A stretch of DNA of 64,000 nucleotides from the sequence record OK272470.1. The stretch is one strand, 5' to 3'. Made by a program: the position numbers and the translations under genes. Shown piece after piece: positions 1 to 7,993 of this stretch. How positions within the stretch are numbered: position 1 is the first letter of the stretch; every line of letters begins with the position of its first letter. Source of the stretch: Escherichia phage JLBYU50. The notes beneath the pieces were generated by a model. It searched no databases. It had not been told where the DNA came from and saw only the letters and a program-made list of their open reading frames with translations.

Positions 1-106
1 CCACAACAAAATCCAGCGGTTTGTCTGTTACTGTGTTCAGTGCGGAAATAGACAGACCATCACCAGAAATCAGGGTTACGCAAGATTTGAAATTTTTAGC
101 AAACAT
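1..106 (-). CDS. hypothetical protein, N-terminal fragment (gene continues beyond left edge)
   Basis: ATG at 106..104 on minus strand preceded by GAGGAG (rc of 113..118, 6-nt spacer); frame open to position 1; absent from ORF track because truncated. Confidence 0.4.
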   Translation of the reverse strand, partial: MFAKNFKSCVTLISGDGLSISALNTVTDKPLDFVV

Positions 107-116
107 AGTTTTCTCC

Positions 117-395
117 TCAAATAATAACTACAAAATATTTTACACCATCATATTCGACAATATGATCAGGATATTTAAATCCTTTATAAGATTTACCAAA
201 CAGACTAACAGCCTCATTAGCTTTGTTTTGCGGATTACTCAGCCACTGTTCTTCTGTGTAAAACTTAAACTCTGTTCTCTTACCTTCTTTTTCTAAACCA
301 ACAATTTCCTGTGTGATATCTTCAATACCTGCATTCTTCAAGGATTTGATTACCTGACGCAAACCGTGTTTAAAGATATCTTCTGCTGTTAACAT
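117..395 (-). CDS. hypothetical protein (92 aa)
   Basis: ORF track; GGAGG RBS 8 nt upstream of ATG on minus strand. Confidence 0.55.
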   Translation of the reverse strand: MLTAEDIFKHGLRQVIKSLKNAGIEDITQEIVGLEKEGKRTEFKFYTEEQWLSNPQNKANEAVSLFGKSYKGFKYPDHIVEYDGVKYFVVII

Positions 396-407
396 AATAC
401 CTCCAAC

Positions 408-431
408 AAGCCCCCGAAGGGGCTTTATTTC
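408..431. terminator. GC-rich stem-loop AAGCCCC-CGAA-GGGGCTT followed by TATTTCTT
   Basis: perfect 7-bp stem with tetraloop; U-tract lies on the + strand although flanking genes are on minus. Confidence 0.4.
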
Positions 432-1154
432 TTAAGCAATGATTGCTGCGATATTAGGTTTAACAAAGGTAGATGGTTTCATAATTTTACCTTTGTCATC
501 AAAGAATACGTACACCTTTTGAACTTCGTTATATACAGCATGTACCCCAGTATAAGAACCTTCTGCACGATCTTTGCTTCGCATCTCGATAGCATCGCAC
601 TCTTTTTCAAGAGCTTCAATAATATCCTTAGTTTCCCAAATAGCCAGGAGTTGCTTCTTGGTAGGATACTTGGACTCATTGCTATTCAACACTTCACGCA
701 TAACCTTCTTCTCGTTATAAACAGAACGCACCAAAGTATCTCGTGCCATACGTGTAAGTGTAAGAGACATTAAGGCAAATTGCAAGTCATTTTCTACCAT
801 TTTATCAAATTCAATGATAACATCGTAAATGTTTTCTGCCAGAACATCGCCTGTCGGCATTTCCAGAGCTTTATCAACACCTTCTTTACCAAAGAACATA
901 AATGCCAGATAGGATGCTACCACAAAAATATCTGCTGCTGCATCAAGTAATTCAACGTGATCATTTTCCTGTGCTGCTGCTTGAAACTCTTTAAGTTCTT
1001 CTCGTACAAAAGAAAGTTGAGCTTCAAACATCTCTTGAGTAAATTCTGGGGTTACTCCACCGCGTGCCTTAGCATTCCAAGCAACAATTTGATCGGCAGC
1101 TTTGATAAAGAAGCTATTGTCCACTTTTACTTGTTTGAAAAAATTCTCGATCAT
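432..1154 (-). CDS. hypothetical protein; possible all-alpha NTP pyrophosphohydrolase (MazG/HisE-like)
   Basis: ORF track; AAGGAG RBS; acidic motif REELKEFQAAAQENDHVELLDAAADIF resembles the EExxE...E..D metal-binding signature; product weakly supported. Confidence 0.45.
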   Translation of the reverse strand: MIENFFKQVKVDNSFFIKAADQIVAWNAKARGGVTPEFTQEMFEAQLSFVREELKEFQAAAQENDHVELLDAAADIFVVASYLAFMFFGKEGVDKALEMPTGDVLAENIYDVIIEFDKMVENDLQFALMSLTLTRMARDTLVRSVYNEKKVMREVLNSNESKYPTKKQLLAIWETKDIIEALEKECDAIEMRSKDRAEGSYTGVHAVYNEVQKVYVFFDDKGKIMKPSTFVKPNIAAIIA

Positions 1155-1351
1155 TGTTTCTCCTTATTTAAAGTATTGTTCTAACAAAACACTAATGCGA
1201 ACTACCGATTCGCCCATATACGCCCCAGCACAGAGGAAAACAACAAATCTACAAAAATTGCAGTACCATTTGTCCACTGGAAACGAGGTTAACATTATAA
1301 TTGCAATAGCAATTAACATCATAAAAACTGTTACTAATACCATATTACCTC

Positions 1352-2467
1352 TTACTCTGCTGGTTCCCAAGTACCTGGAATCATCTTACGTACACGTACC
1401 CCAACAGGCTTGGTAGGAATACCTTCGTCTGAAAATTCTTCGTACTCTATTTCAACAAATTGACCAATAAGTATCAAAGCATTTTCTTCTTTACGATAGT
1501 TAATGGTTTCATCTGAATCCTTACGCATCAGGAATTCGACTACTTTACCATTTTCCATCTCACCTGTCAATACCCCGTCACCATTTTTATCACGTTTTGC
1601 ACTTACCACCTTAACTTCCAGCGTCTGCCGTGGTTTACGTTTAATAACATCATAAGAACGTTTATCAAACTCGTAAACACCTTGTGCATTACGATACACA
1701 ACACCTTCCGCTTTCTCACGCAGAGCTTTTGCATAGAATTCATCAAACTGCTCTTGGTTTTCAATGTACTCTGTATGTACTACACAAATAAGTTCATCTA
1801 AACCTTTATCTTCAACAACGTCTTTTAGAGCAGCCAAAACTTCAACCCTCTTCTCAAATGGTACAGATGGCACAGGAACATCATATACATAGTATTTAAG
1901 AAGCGGAGTGTTAGCATTATGCTTTTTCCACGCACTATTAATTTGTTGAAGGCTAAGGACACCCAAACCAGCAAAAACTTCACCGTCAAGAGGATGACCA
2001 ACTACTTCTTTAATGAAGGTTGGAATTTCTTTCCAGTGAGGTGGAAGTTTATATACTTCCCCAGCTTTAGATAAACATTCACCTTGCATGTTAATCATTG
2101 AACGTAGACCATTCAATTTATATTGTGCATAACCTGGGAACAAAACACGATCAGCATAATCTTTATAATCCTGACATTTCATGGGTGTGGAAGGAACATG
2201 GTTTTCAGCTTCCTCTTTTGTTTTATAATACCCATTCTTAAGTTGTTTTGTCCATTTGGCAAGAGCTTCTATTTCAGCTTGTTCTTCTGCTGTTGTTTCA
2301 TTTGAGCGACCAATATTTTTAGGTTCTGCTGTATAAGATTTGCTAGTAATCTTTCCACCTAATTGACCATGAGCAACAGTTACAACACTACCTTCGGTAT
2401 AGACTGACCACTGTTTAATTTTACCTGTAGAAGTTTTACCATACAATGTAGGATTAGTTTGTTTCAT
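1352..2467 (-). CDS. ATP-dependent polynucleotide ligase (DNA ligase-like; covalent nucleotidyltransferase superfamily)
   Basis: motif I variant KLNGLR, motif III LDGEVF, motif IV EGVVYR, motif V KRK plus C-terminal OB-like region; start moved to ATG at 2467 (MKQTNPTLYGK) with GGAGG RBS rather than the ORF-track ATG at 2515. Confidence 0.6.
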   Translation of the reverse strand: MKQTNPTLYGKTSTGKIKQWSVYTEGSVVTVAHGQLGGKITSKSYTAEPKNIGRSNETTAEEQAEIEALAKWTKQLKNGYYKTKEEAENHVPSTPMKCQDYKDYADRVLFPGYAQYKLNGLRSMINMQGECLSKAGEVYKLPPHWKEIPTFIKEVVGHPLDGEVFAGLGVLSLQQINSAWKKHNANTPLLKYYVYDVPVPSVPFEKRVEVLAALKDVVEDKGLDELICVVHTEYIENQEQFDEFYAKALREKAEGVVYRNAQGVYEFDKRSYDVIKRKPRQTLEVKVVSAKRDKNGDGVLTGEMENGKVVEFLMRKDSDETINYRKEENALILIGQFVEIEYEEFSDEGIPTKPVGVRVRKMIPGTWEPAE

Positions 2468-2657
2468 CTTTAACCTCCAGTTGCGAAAGAACCCATTTAG
2501 CCATTTCAATTTCACCGTGTAGTCTGCCTAGTTCATAGGCATCATCAATATTACCACCAGTGTAATCATCCACCATAAAGTAAGGATCTTCACTACTGTT
2601 AGGTGCGTTTGCAATTCTCGTTAGTTCTTCAATAAATGTCATAGTTAACCTTACCAA
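2454..2657 (-). CDS. hypothetical protein (67 aa)
   Basis: ORF track; part of tightly packed minus-strand operon. Confidence 0.4.
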   Translation of the reverse strand: MVRLTMTFIEELTRIANAPNSSEDPYFMVDDYTGGNIDDAYELGRLHGEIEMAKWVLSQLEVKDETN

Positions 2658-2875
2658 TTATACACAAGAGTTTGAATTTCTTCCATCAAGTCTTCAAGAT
2701 CTGTATCAACATATTCAGAAGATGTTGCCATAAAGTATGTAATCATTGTGAACCCTTCCGAAGAAAGGGCATCAAGGATATCATTAAACATATCTTCCAT
2801 TTCAGTATTTTCACCAAACGAGAATAACATTTGTTGATCTTCGCTTACACCTTTAACATAGATAGCTGTACTCAT
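2651..2875 (-). CDS. hypothetical protein (74 aa), acidic
   Basis: ORF track; overlaps neighbours by a few nt (operon-style coupling). Confidence 0.4.
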   Translation of the reverse strand: MSTAIYVKGVSEDQQMLFSFGENTEMEDMFNDILDALSSEGFTMITYFMATSSEYVDTDLEDLMEEIQTLVYNW

Positions 2876-2878
2876 ATA

Positions 2879-3199
2879 TTAATCCTTAAGACGTTCATTT
2901 AAATCTGCAATAACATCACCTAAATCTTCACATTCCAGTGTTAACTCTGAAACTTGTTCATTCAAACAAGAAACTTCTTCATTTAGATCTGAAATAATGT
3001 TTTCTAATGAATCTACTTGGTCATCATATGAACGTTTTGTTTCTTCAAGTTCTTCCGTAAGATCATTAATCAAACGGAGCAAAGATAAGATATAGCCGTC
3101 TCCTGTCTCGTTCCTCCACTCACTTCCGTAGCGATAAATAATAATTTCACCATTATCGACTACTGTAAAATACTTACCTTCACCAGAATAAATTTCCAT
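2879..3199 (-). CDS. hypothetical coiled-coil protein (106 aa)
   Basis: ORF track; heptad-rich C-terminal half (LNEEVSCLNEQVSELTLECEDL). Confidence 0.45.
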   Translation of the reverse strand: MEIYSGEGKYFTVVDNGEIIIYRYGSEWRNETGDGYILSLLRLINDLTEELEETKRSYDDQVDSLENIISDLNEEVSCLNEQVSELTLECEDLGDVIADLNERLKD

Positions 3200-3208
3200 A
3201 TACTCTCC

Positions 3209-3613
3209 TTATTGTAGTTTAAGTGAACTGCGAAGACGTTTCTCTTGCTGATCACGAATATGTTGTGGAACCTCATGAATTGAATCGTTACCGTGCCTAT
3301 TTTCAACTACTAAAGAGATAACTTGATAACCAAACTCTTCAGCAAGAGTTAAATAAGGTTTAAGTTCTTTCTCTGTGGTTGAAGTGTTAGAGACAATAAT
3401 CTTTTTAATATTAGATGCCATAGCATCACGAACAATACTCTGACACCATGCGTGTGCTTTACCTACATTCTCTGGCTTCCAATCGTAAACACCACTTTCT
3501 GTGTAATGATATTGATCTGCCTCACAGATAGGCCAATAACCTTCAGAAATAATTTCTGCTACTGTAGATTTACCTGCACCTGAAACACCACGTAAGATGA
3601 TAAGTTGTTTCAT
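3209..3613 (-). CDS. P-loop polynucleotide 5'-kinase-like protein
   Basis: Walker A GVSGAGKST near N-terminus; small single-domain kinase; abuts RNA ligase gene (stop/start adjacent at 3613/3614). Confidence 0.6.
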   Translation of the reverse strand: MKQLIILRGVSGAGKSTVAEIISEGYWPICEADQYHYTESGVYDWKPENVGKAHAWCQSIVRDAMASNIKKIIVSNTSTTEKELKPYLTLAEEFGYQVISLVVENRHGNDSIHEVPQHIRDQQEKRLRSSLKLQ

Positions 3614-4546
3614 TTAGCCTCCAAAGAAGTTTTCTATTTCTTTACGTCGCTCTTGTGGATCTAAAGCAGCCCATTGAGTCTTAGTAAAGTTGTTTCGAAG
3701 CCATTCTAGCAAAGTATAATATTCTTCGTCAACAATTTGTTTAGCATTGTTTGGGTTGTCCCAAATCATATCCCACTTCTTATTGCCACCACGCATAAGG
3801 AATTTTTTAGCAAGATAGTATGGTGACTTAATCTTTAACAGTAAGTTAAACGGGTAGTTTGTTTCACGAACAACAAACCCTTCGTGTTTACAATGTTTAG
3901 ACATTTCAACAACATCTGAAAATTTAATCATCGGATAAACTTCAGGACGTTTAAATTTTGTAATAGATGCAATCCCATCAAGAACACCTTCAGGTAGCAT
4001 GAAACTTGTCCCATCAGGATTTTGAATCCTTGCTCCGATTAAGTATGCGCCTGGTTCTTCTTCAACAATATGTGGATCAGAAGGATCACAGATTTCAAAA
4101 AGAAAAGTTGCTTTTGCACTTTCTGTCCACTTAATGAAATACTCTATGTCGTCACACTCGGAAACAATACGGTTCTTTGCCATAATTGCGAAATCTGATT
4201 CTAGGCTCCCTGTTGTTGATACAACAAGTTTCCCTTTGTACACACCTACAGATGCCATAAAACCGTTTACTTTACGGACAGCATCTACAATTTCGTCTGC
4301 TGGAAGATTTGTACCATTTTCAAAACGATTAAAGATTTTAGTAAAAGGCCAAATAACAACATTGTCTTCTGAGTCAACAACCAACCCACGACAATCTAAA
4401 AGTCGTTTGTCAACGTTCCACAAGTTATCCCAGAATACATTGTTTTTGTATTTAAGTACAGCAAGACCAGCATACTCTCCAGATTTAACTTCTTTTTTAT
4501 GCACTAAACCTTTTGCAATCAGGTCATCACAATTGAACTTAGCCAC
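3614..4546 (-). CDS. RNA ligase, T4 Rnl1-like
   Basis: LLDCRGLVV...KIFNRFENG matches T4 Rnl1 N-terminal block (ALECRGIMF...KFFNLNE); adenylation motif KVNGFM; FLFEICDP and LLKIKSPYY blocks. Confidence 0.75.
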   Translation of the reverse strand: MAKFNCDDLIAKGLVHKKEVKSGEYAGLAVLKYKNNVFWDNLWNVDKRLLDCRGLVVDSEDNVVIWPFTKIFNRFENGTNLPADEIVDAVRKVNGFMASVGVYKGKLVVSTTGSLESDFAIMAKNRIVSECDDIEYFIKWTESAKATFLFEICDPSDPHIVEEEPGAYLIGARIQNPDGTSFMLPEGVLDGIASITKFKRPEVYPMIKFSDVVEMSKHCKHEGFVVRETNYPFNLLLKIKSPYYLAKKFLMRGGNKKWDMIWDNPNNAKQIVDEEYYTLLEWLRNNFTKTQWAALDPQERRKEIENFFGG

Positions 4547-4547
4547 C

Positions 4548-5099
4548 TTAATCTCCTTTGATTATCTTATGATGATCTACAACAATAATATCACGCTTAT
4601 CCATAATAGAGATGATTTCGTCAAAATGCAAGATTTTCCCGTGTGCATCCCAACCAACATCCAACATTTTCCCATACAAATGATCAGGGAATGATCCGTG
4701 AGAGTGTCCGTGTAGCATGATTGATCCATGCCCTTGTTTATTCCAGGCAGCCATAGGGTAATGGCTTAAGACGAAAAACAGCTTCTGATATTTCACTTCG
4801 TCATAATAAACCACTTCTCCATACTCTGCAAGCACTTTTCTGTGTTTACTGTAATCATGGTTCCCAACACAGTAAGTAATATCCCCTTGGAGACGGGAAG
4901 CAATCTTACGGGTATCTTCTTCAGTCCCGAAACAGAAGTCCCCAAGATGGTACATCTTTACTCCTGGTGTTGTGGCACATTTATTCCATGCTTCGATCAG
5001 TGCTTCTGTCATATGCTCCATATCTTCCCACGGACGATATTCAGGAGCAAACTCTCGGATACGTTTGTGCATAAAATGCAAATCACTTGTAATAAACAT
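4548..5099 (-). CDS. calcineurin-like metallophosphoesterase
   Basis: complete metallophosphatase signature: SDLHF, HLGDF, VGNHDY, LHGHSHG. Confidence 0.75.
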   Translation of the reverse strand: MFITSDLHFMHKRIREFAPEYRPWEDMEHMTEALIEAWNKCATTPGVKMYHLGDFCFGTEEDTRKIASRLQGDITYCVGNHDYSKHRKVLAEYGEVVYYDEVKYQKLFFVLSHYPMAAWNKQGHGSIMLHGHSHGSFPDHLYGKMLDVGWDAHGKILHFDEIISIMDKRDIIVVDHHKIIKGD

Positions 5100-5458
5100 T
5101 AGTATAATCCCTCGCTGAATAGTTCACTGTTGTGACCATTTCTTTCGTAATTAATTTGTTTGGCGTTATCTGCAATGATATAAGCATCTTTGCGACTCCA
5201 CCAGTTATAATACTGGTCAATAAACCCTTGATTATCAGGTAAGCAAAACAGTTTATCAATCAATCCTGCATCTTTTAAAACATTAAGTTGTGCAGATAGT
5301 ACAGGATTTGCATGCCTAACACAAGGAATAATTAACTCTTTGCCATTGTTGAGAATATACTTATTCGCAGCGCAGACTATAACACGTTGAGCATAGTGAT
5401 CCTCACCAATCCAAGTAAGAGGTTGGTAACAAATATCATGTTGATTAGTAGCGCACAT
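5099..5458 (-). CDS. hypothetical protein (119 aa)
   Basis: ORF track frame; start placed at ATG 5458 (ORF track used TTG at 5461). Confidence 0.45.
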   Translation of the reverse strand: MCATNQHDICYQPLTWIGEDHYAQRVIVCAANKYILNNGKELIIPCVRHANPVLSAQLNVLKDAGLIDKLFCLPDNQGFIDQYYNWWSRKDAYIIADNAKQINYERNGHNSELFSEGLY

Positions 5459-5607
5459 CAATTTTCTCCATACTCTTTTAATTTATCAGCGAAAAAACTG
5501 TAATCAGGAAGTAAAAGATCATTACTCGTATCGCTACAGTTTTCTTCCTCTTTATAGATAAAATGCCCTTCATCCTCTTCTTGCTCTGACCAAACTGAGT
5601 AATGCAT
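5458..5607 (-). CDS. small acidic hypothetical protein (49 aa)
   Basis: below ORF-track size cut-off; ATG at 5607..5605, stop TGA overlaps ATG of downstream gene (ATGA-type coupling); weak RBS. Confidence 0.3.
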   Translation of the reverse strand: MHYSVWSEQEEDEGHFIYKEEENCSDTSNDLLLPDYSFFADKLKEYGEN

Positions 5608-5616
5608 AATACCTAC

Positions 5617-5991
5617 TTAATAGTTAACACGTTTAATTTCAACACCATAGGATGAAATAAAATTTTCCTTAGCTAACATATATTTACCAGCAGCAGAAGG
5701 ATTTGATGTATGAACATAGATAGTTTTAAGAGCATCCCATTCACCCGCGTACAACATACATTCTACGTCTAAGAACGCATGATATCCTTCTTGATCTTCT
5801 CCAAGATCATTATCGAAGTGTATCTCTGAGATATTATTGAAATTATCTTCATCTGAAACAAAAGATAACCAATCCTCAAAAGATTTTAACCAAATGGCAT
5901 CCTCATAACCATAATCTTTAGGATCTCTTAAATCGTCTAACCAAAGAATTTTAGCCACTATCAACCCCCTTCCTGTTTCTCTTCTTTCCAA
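5617..5991 (-). CDS. hypothetical protein (124 aa)
   Basis: ORF track. Confidence 0.45.
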   Translation of the reverse strand: MERRETGRGLIVAKILWLDDLRDPKDYGYEDAIWLKSFEDWLSFVSDEDNFNNISEIHFDNDLGEDQEGYHAFLDVECMLYAGEWDALKTIYVHTSNPSAAGKYMLAKENFISSYGVEIKRVNY

Positions 5992-6152
5992 GTTTTACCA
6001 TTATCTACCAACTTCTTAGAAACAGCAAATCTTTCTCCATTGATATAAAACAAATAAAGAATAAAGGATTTTCCTATAGTTACAGTATCTGCTACTTCTA
6101 CACGCTTTACACCTTGCATGTATTTGGCTTTACCTGAATAAATAAGAAACAT
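5961..6152 (-). CDS. hypothetical protein (63 aa)
   Basis: ORF track; overlaps neighbours. Confidence 0.3.
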   Translation of the reverse strand: MFLIYSGKAKYMQGVKRVEVADTVTIGKSFILYLFYINGERFAVSKKLVDNGKTWKEEKQEGG

Positions 6153-6430
6153 TACTTATTCCTTTTGTTGTTGATCACATCTAAAGCTGTGTAAGGTTTG
6201 TTTGTACCGCTGTATTCAAGAATAATTGGTGCATGTTCATAGACCAACTCAAAAGTACCATACACAGAATCTGCAACTGAAATAAGCATTTCAGTGCCTT
6301 CATCGTTCTTAATTAATGAAAACCTTGCCCCTGGTTTATTTAGCACTTCATATTTCTTACCTGCTGTCAGCAAACCTGAATACCATTCATTTTGCACAAC
6401 AGACAAACACTTCAGATAGGTTTTTCTCAT
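6152..6430 (-). CDS. hypothetical protein (92 aa)
   Basis: ORF track. Confidence 0.4.
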   Translation of the reverse strand: MRKTYLKCLSVVQNEWYSGLLTAGKKYEVLNKPGARFSLIKNDEGTEMLISVADSVYGTFELVYEHAPIILEYSGTNKPYTALDVINNKRNK

Positions 6431-6768
6431 TTCTTTTTGCTCCTTCTTTTAGGCTTCTCGTATAAACCTAACACAGCAGACTCTTTTGCACAGATAGGAA
6501 CTGACTTCATTCCTCGTTTTTTAGCTTCTGGTAGATTCAAAACCCACCAGCCAAACCAGTACAATTCATCTTCTGTGAAAGGATCTGCCATAGGATCTGC
6601 ATCACGTGCTTCAAATTTAGCAAGAGCTTCTTCTATCTTTTCTATTGGAGTATCAAAGACAAAAGCCTCTGTGTCAAATTTTTGTTTCTTAGGAGCGGCT
6701 TTTGCCGCCCCATCTTTAGATGCGCGCTTTGTTACGGATCGCTTCTTCGGTGTTTTCGCCATCAACAA
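6427..6768 (-). CDS. hypothetical protein with highly basic N-terminus (possible nucleic-acid binding)
   Basis: ORF track; KKRSVTKRASKDGAAKAAPKKQK lysine-rich tail and KRRSKKK C-terminus. Confidence 0.45.
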   Translation of the reverse strand: MLMAKTPKKRSVTKRASKDGAAKAAPKKQKFDTEAFVFDTPIEKIEEALAKFEARDADPMADPFTEDELYWFGWWVLNLPEAKKRGMKSVPICAKESAVLGLYEKPKRRSKKK

Positions 6769-6955
6769 CCTCCATGCGGTGTAAGAAATCTTGCTGGAAT
6801 CGCCAATACTGTTGACCAGTCCTTACATCTTCGTAGATCACAACAGGATCAAATACTTTAGATACACCCGCTGGTTTAGGAAAGCCAACTACACGATATA
6901 AACCGCCTTTGCTAATACAAGAATATGTTACATCAGTTAAAATTTCTTTTTTCAT
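6716..6955 (-). CDS. hypothetical protein (79 aa)
   Basis: ORF track. Confidence 0.4.
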   Translation of the reverse strand: MKKEILTDVTYSCISKGGLYRVVGFPKPAGVSKVFDPVVIYEDVRTGQQYWRFQQDFLHRMEVVDGENTEEAIRNKARI

Positions 6956-7149
6956 TTCTTAATAAACTCCAATACAGGTACGTGATCAGCAGTTAAAGTT
7001 ACACAATTGTAACTTACCTTTTCAACTTCAGAGAATGCTTCAACCCATAGCAAGAAATTCTCTTTAGCTTCTTCATAATTCAATGTTGACTTAACAACAT
7101 GGAACTCACCAAGGATGACTCTATAGATTGTTTGCATAGTTTGATTCAT
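6952..7149 (-). CDS. hypothetical protein (65 aa)
   Basis: ORF track. Confidence 0.4.
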   Translation of the reverse strand: MNQTMQTIYRVILGEFHVVKSTLNYEEAKENFLLWVEAFSEVEKVSYNCVTLTADHVPVLEFIKK

Positions 7150-7215
7150 TTATTTTTCCTTTGTTTAAAATGTGTTAAACAATCGCAAATGCTTGTGACG
7201 CACTTTGTGATCCCA

Positions 7216-7584
7216 CTAATTAATGTCAGCACTATGATTGTTGAGAGTATAGGATACTCCATCGCCCAAGTCAACATGAATCTCAACTCCTAACTGTCTT
7301 TCTAATGGTAAACGTTTTGAGAATTGATAATTACAAAGTTTACAGTCTAAGTCAAGCAACTCATGTTTGCTTAAACCTGGGATGATAACTTTGCTTCCCA
7401 CTGTCCACTCAATACCTTCAAAGTTATCTCTTCTTTTCAAAATGTCAAGTAAGAAGATGATTTGTTGCCATTCCGTAGACAAGTCTTCTTCATAGAACGC
7501 AGAACAAAAAGTTTTATCATCGTAGAAAGCATACATTATGCCTCCATCTATTGTTTCACTTCTAACGTAACGTGTGACCCTCAT
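7216..7584 (-). CDS. hypothetical protein (122 aa), first gene of minus-strand operon
   Basis: ORF track; AGGAGG RBS directly upstream on minus strand. Confidence 0.45.
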   Translation of the reverse strand: MRVTRYVRSETIDGGIMYAFYDDKTFCSAFYEEDLSTEWQQIIFLLDILKRRDNFEGIEWTVGSKVIIPGLSKHELLDLDCKLCNYQFSKRLPLERQLGVEIHVDLGDGVSYTLNNHSADIN

Positions 7585-7715
7585 TATTTCCTCCTGTACG
7601 GCTCTGTAACGAGCTAATAGCCTCTAAGATATGCAACCACCTTACCTCACAGTAAAACTCGTTACAATCGTTTTTAGGAGGTTTAGGTTGTACTTAAAAA
7701 TAATCTAAAAAGGTG

Positions 7716-7744
7716 TTGACAAACGCAAAAAAGTATGCTACCCT
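7716..7744 (+). promoter_or_regulatory. sigma70-like promoter (TTGACA-N17-TGcTACCCT)
   Basis: perfect -35 hexamer at 7716-7721, extended -10 at 7736-7744. Confidence 0.4.
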
Positions 7745-7925
7745 AACCCCCGAAAAACGCCGAGCGCAGCGAGGGGGTGTTATCTAATCTTGTGATACAT
7801 GATCTAACAGACAACTTAGTAGTCTACATATAGCACTATGTTATGTCTATAATACTAACATACATGCTCTATACTAACAATAGATTCTTTATTAATTTTA
7901 TTATTAATTAAATAATAAATATCTA

Positions 7926-7954
7926 TTGACTTTAGATCTATCTGTATGTAGAGT
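7926..7954 (+). promoter_or_regulatory. sigma70-like promoter upstream of Prs-like gene
   Basis: TTGACT at 7926-7931, 17-nt spacer, TAGAGT at 7949-7954; followed by AAGGAG RBS. Confidence 0.5.
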
Positions 7955-7993
7955 AGAGAACATAAAGTCCTAACTCAACTAAGGAGATAAACA

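Noticed and set aside
519-773. Opposite-strand or alternative-frame ORFs nested in annotated genes (e.g. 519..773 +, 4134..4694 +, 8425..8775 -, 21524..21799 -, 33600..33938 -, 50366..50719 -)
   Set aside because: They lie fully inside longer ORFs with motif support, lack RBS, and show biased composition typical of shadow ORFs.
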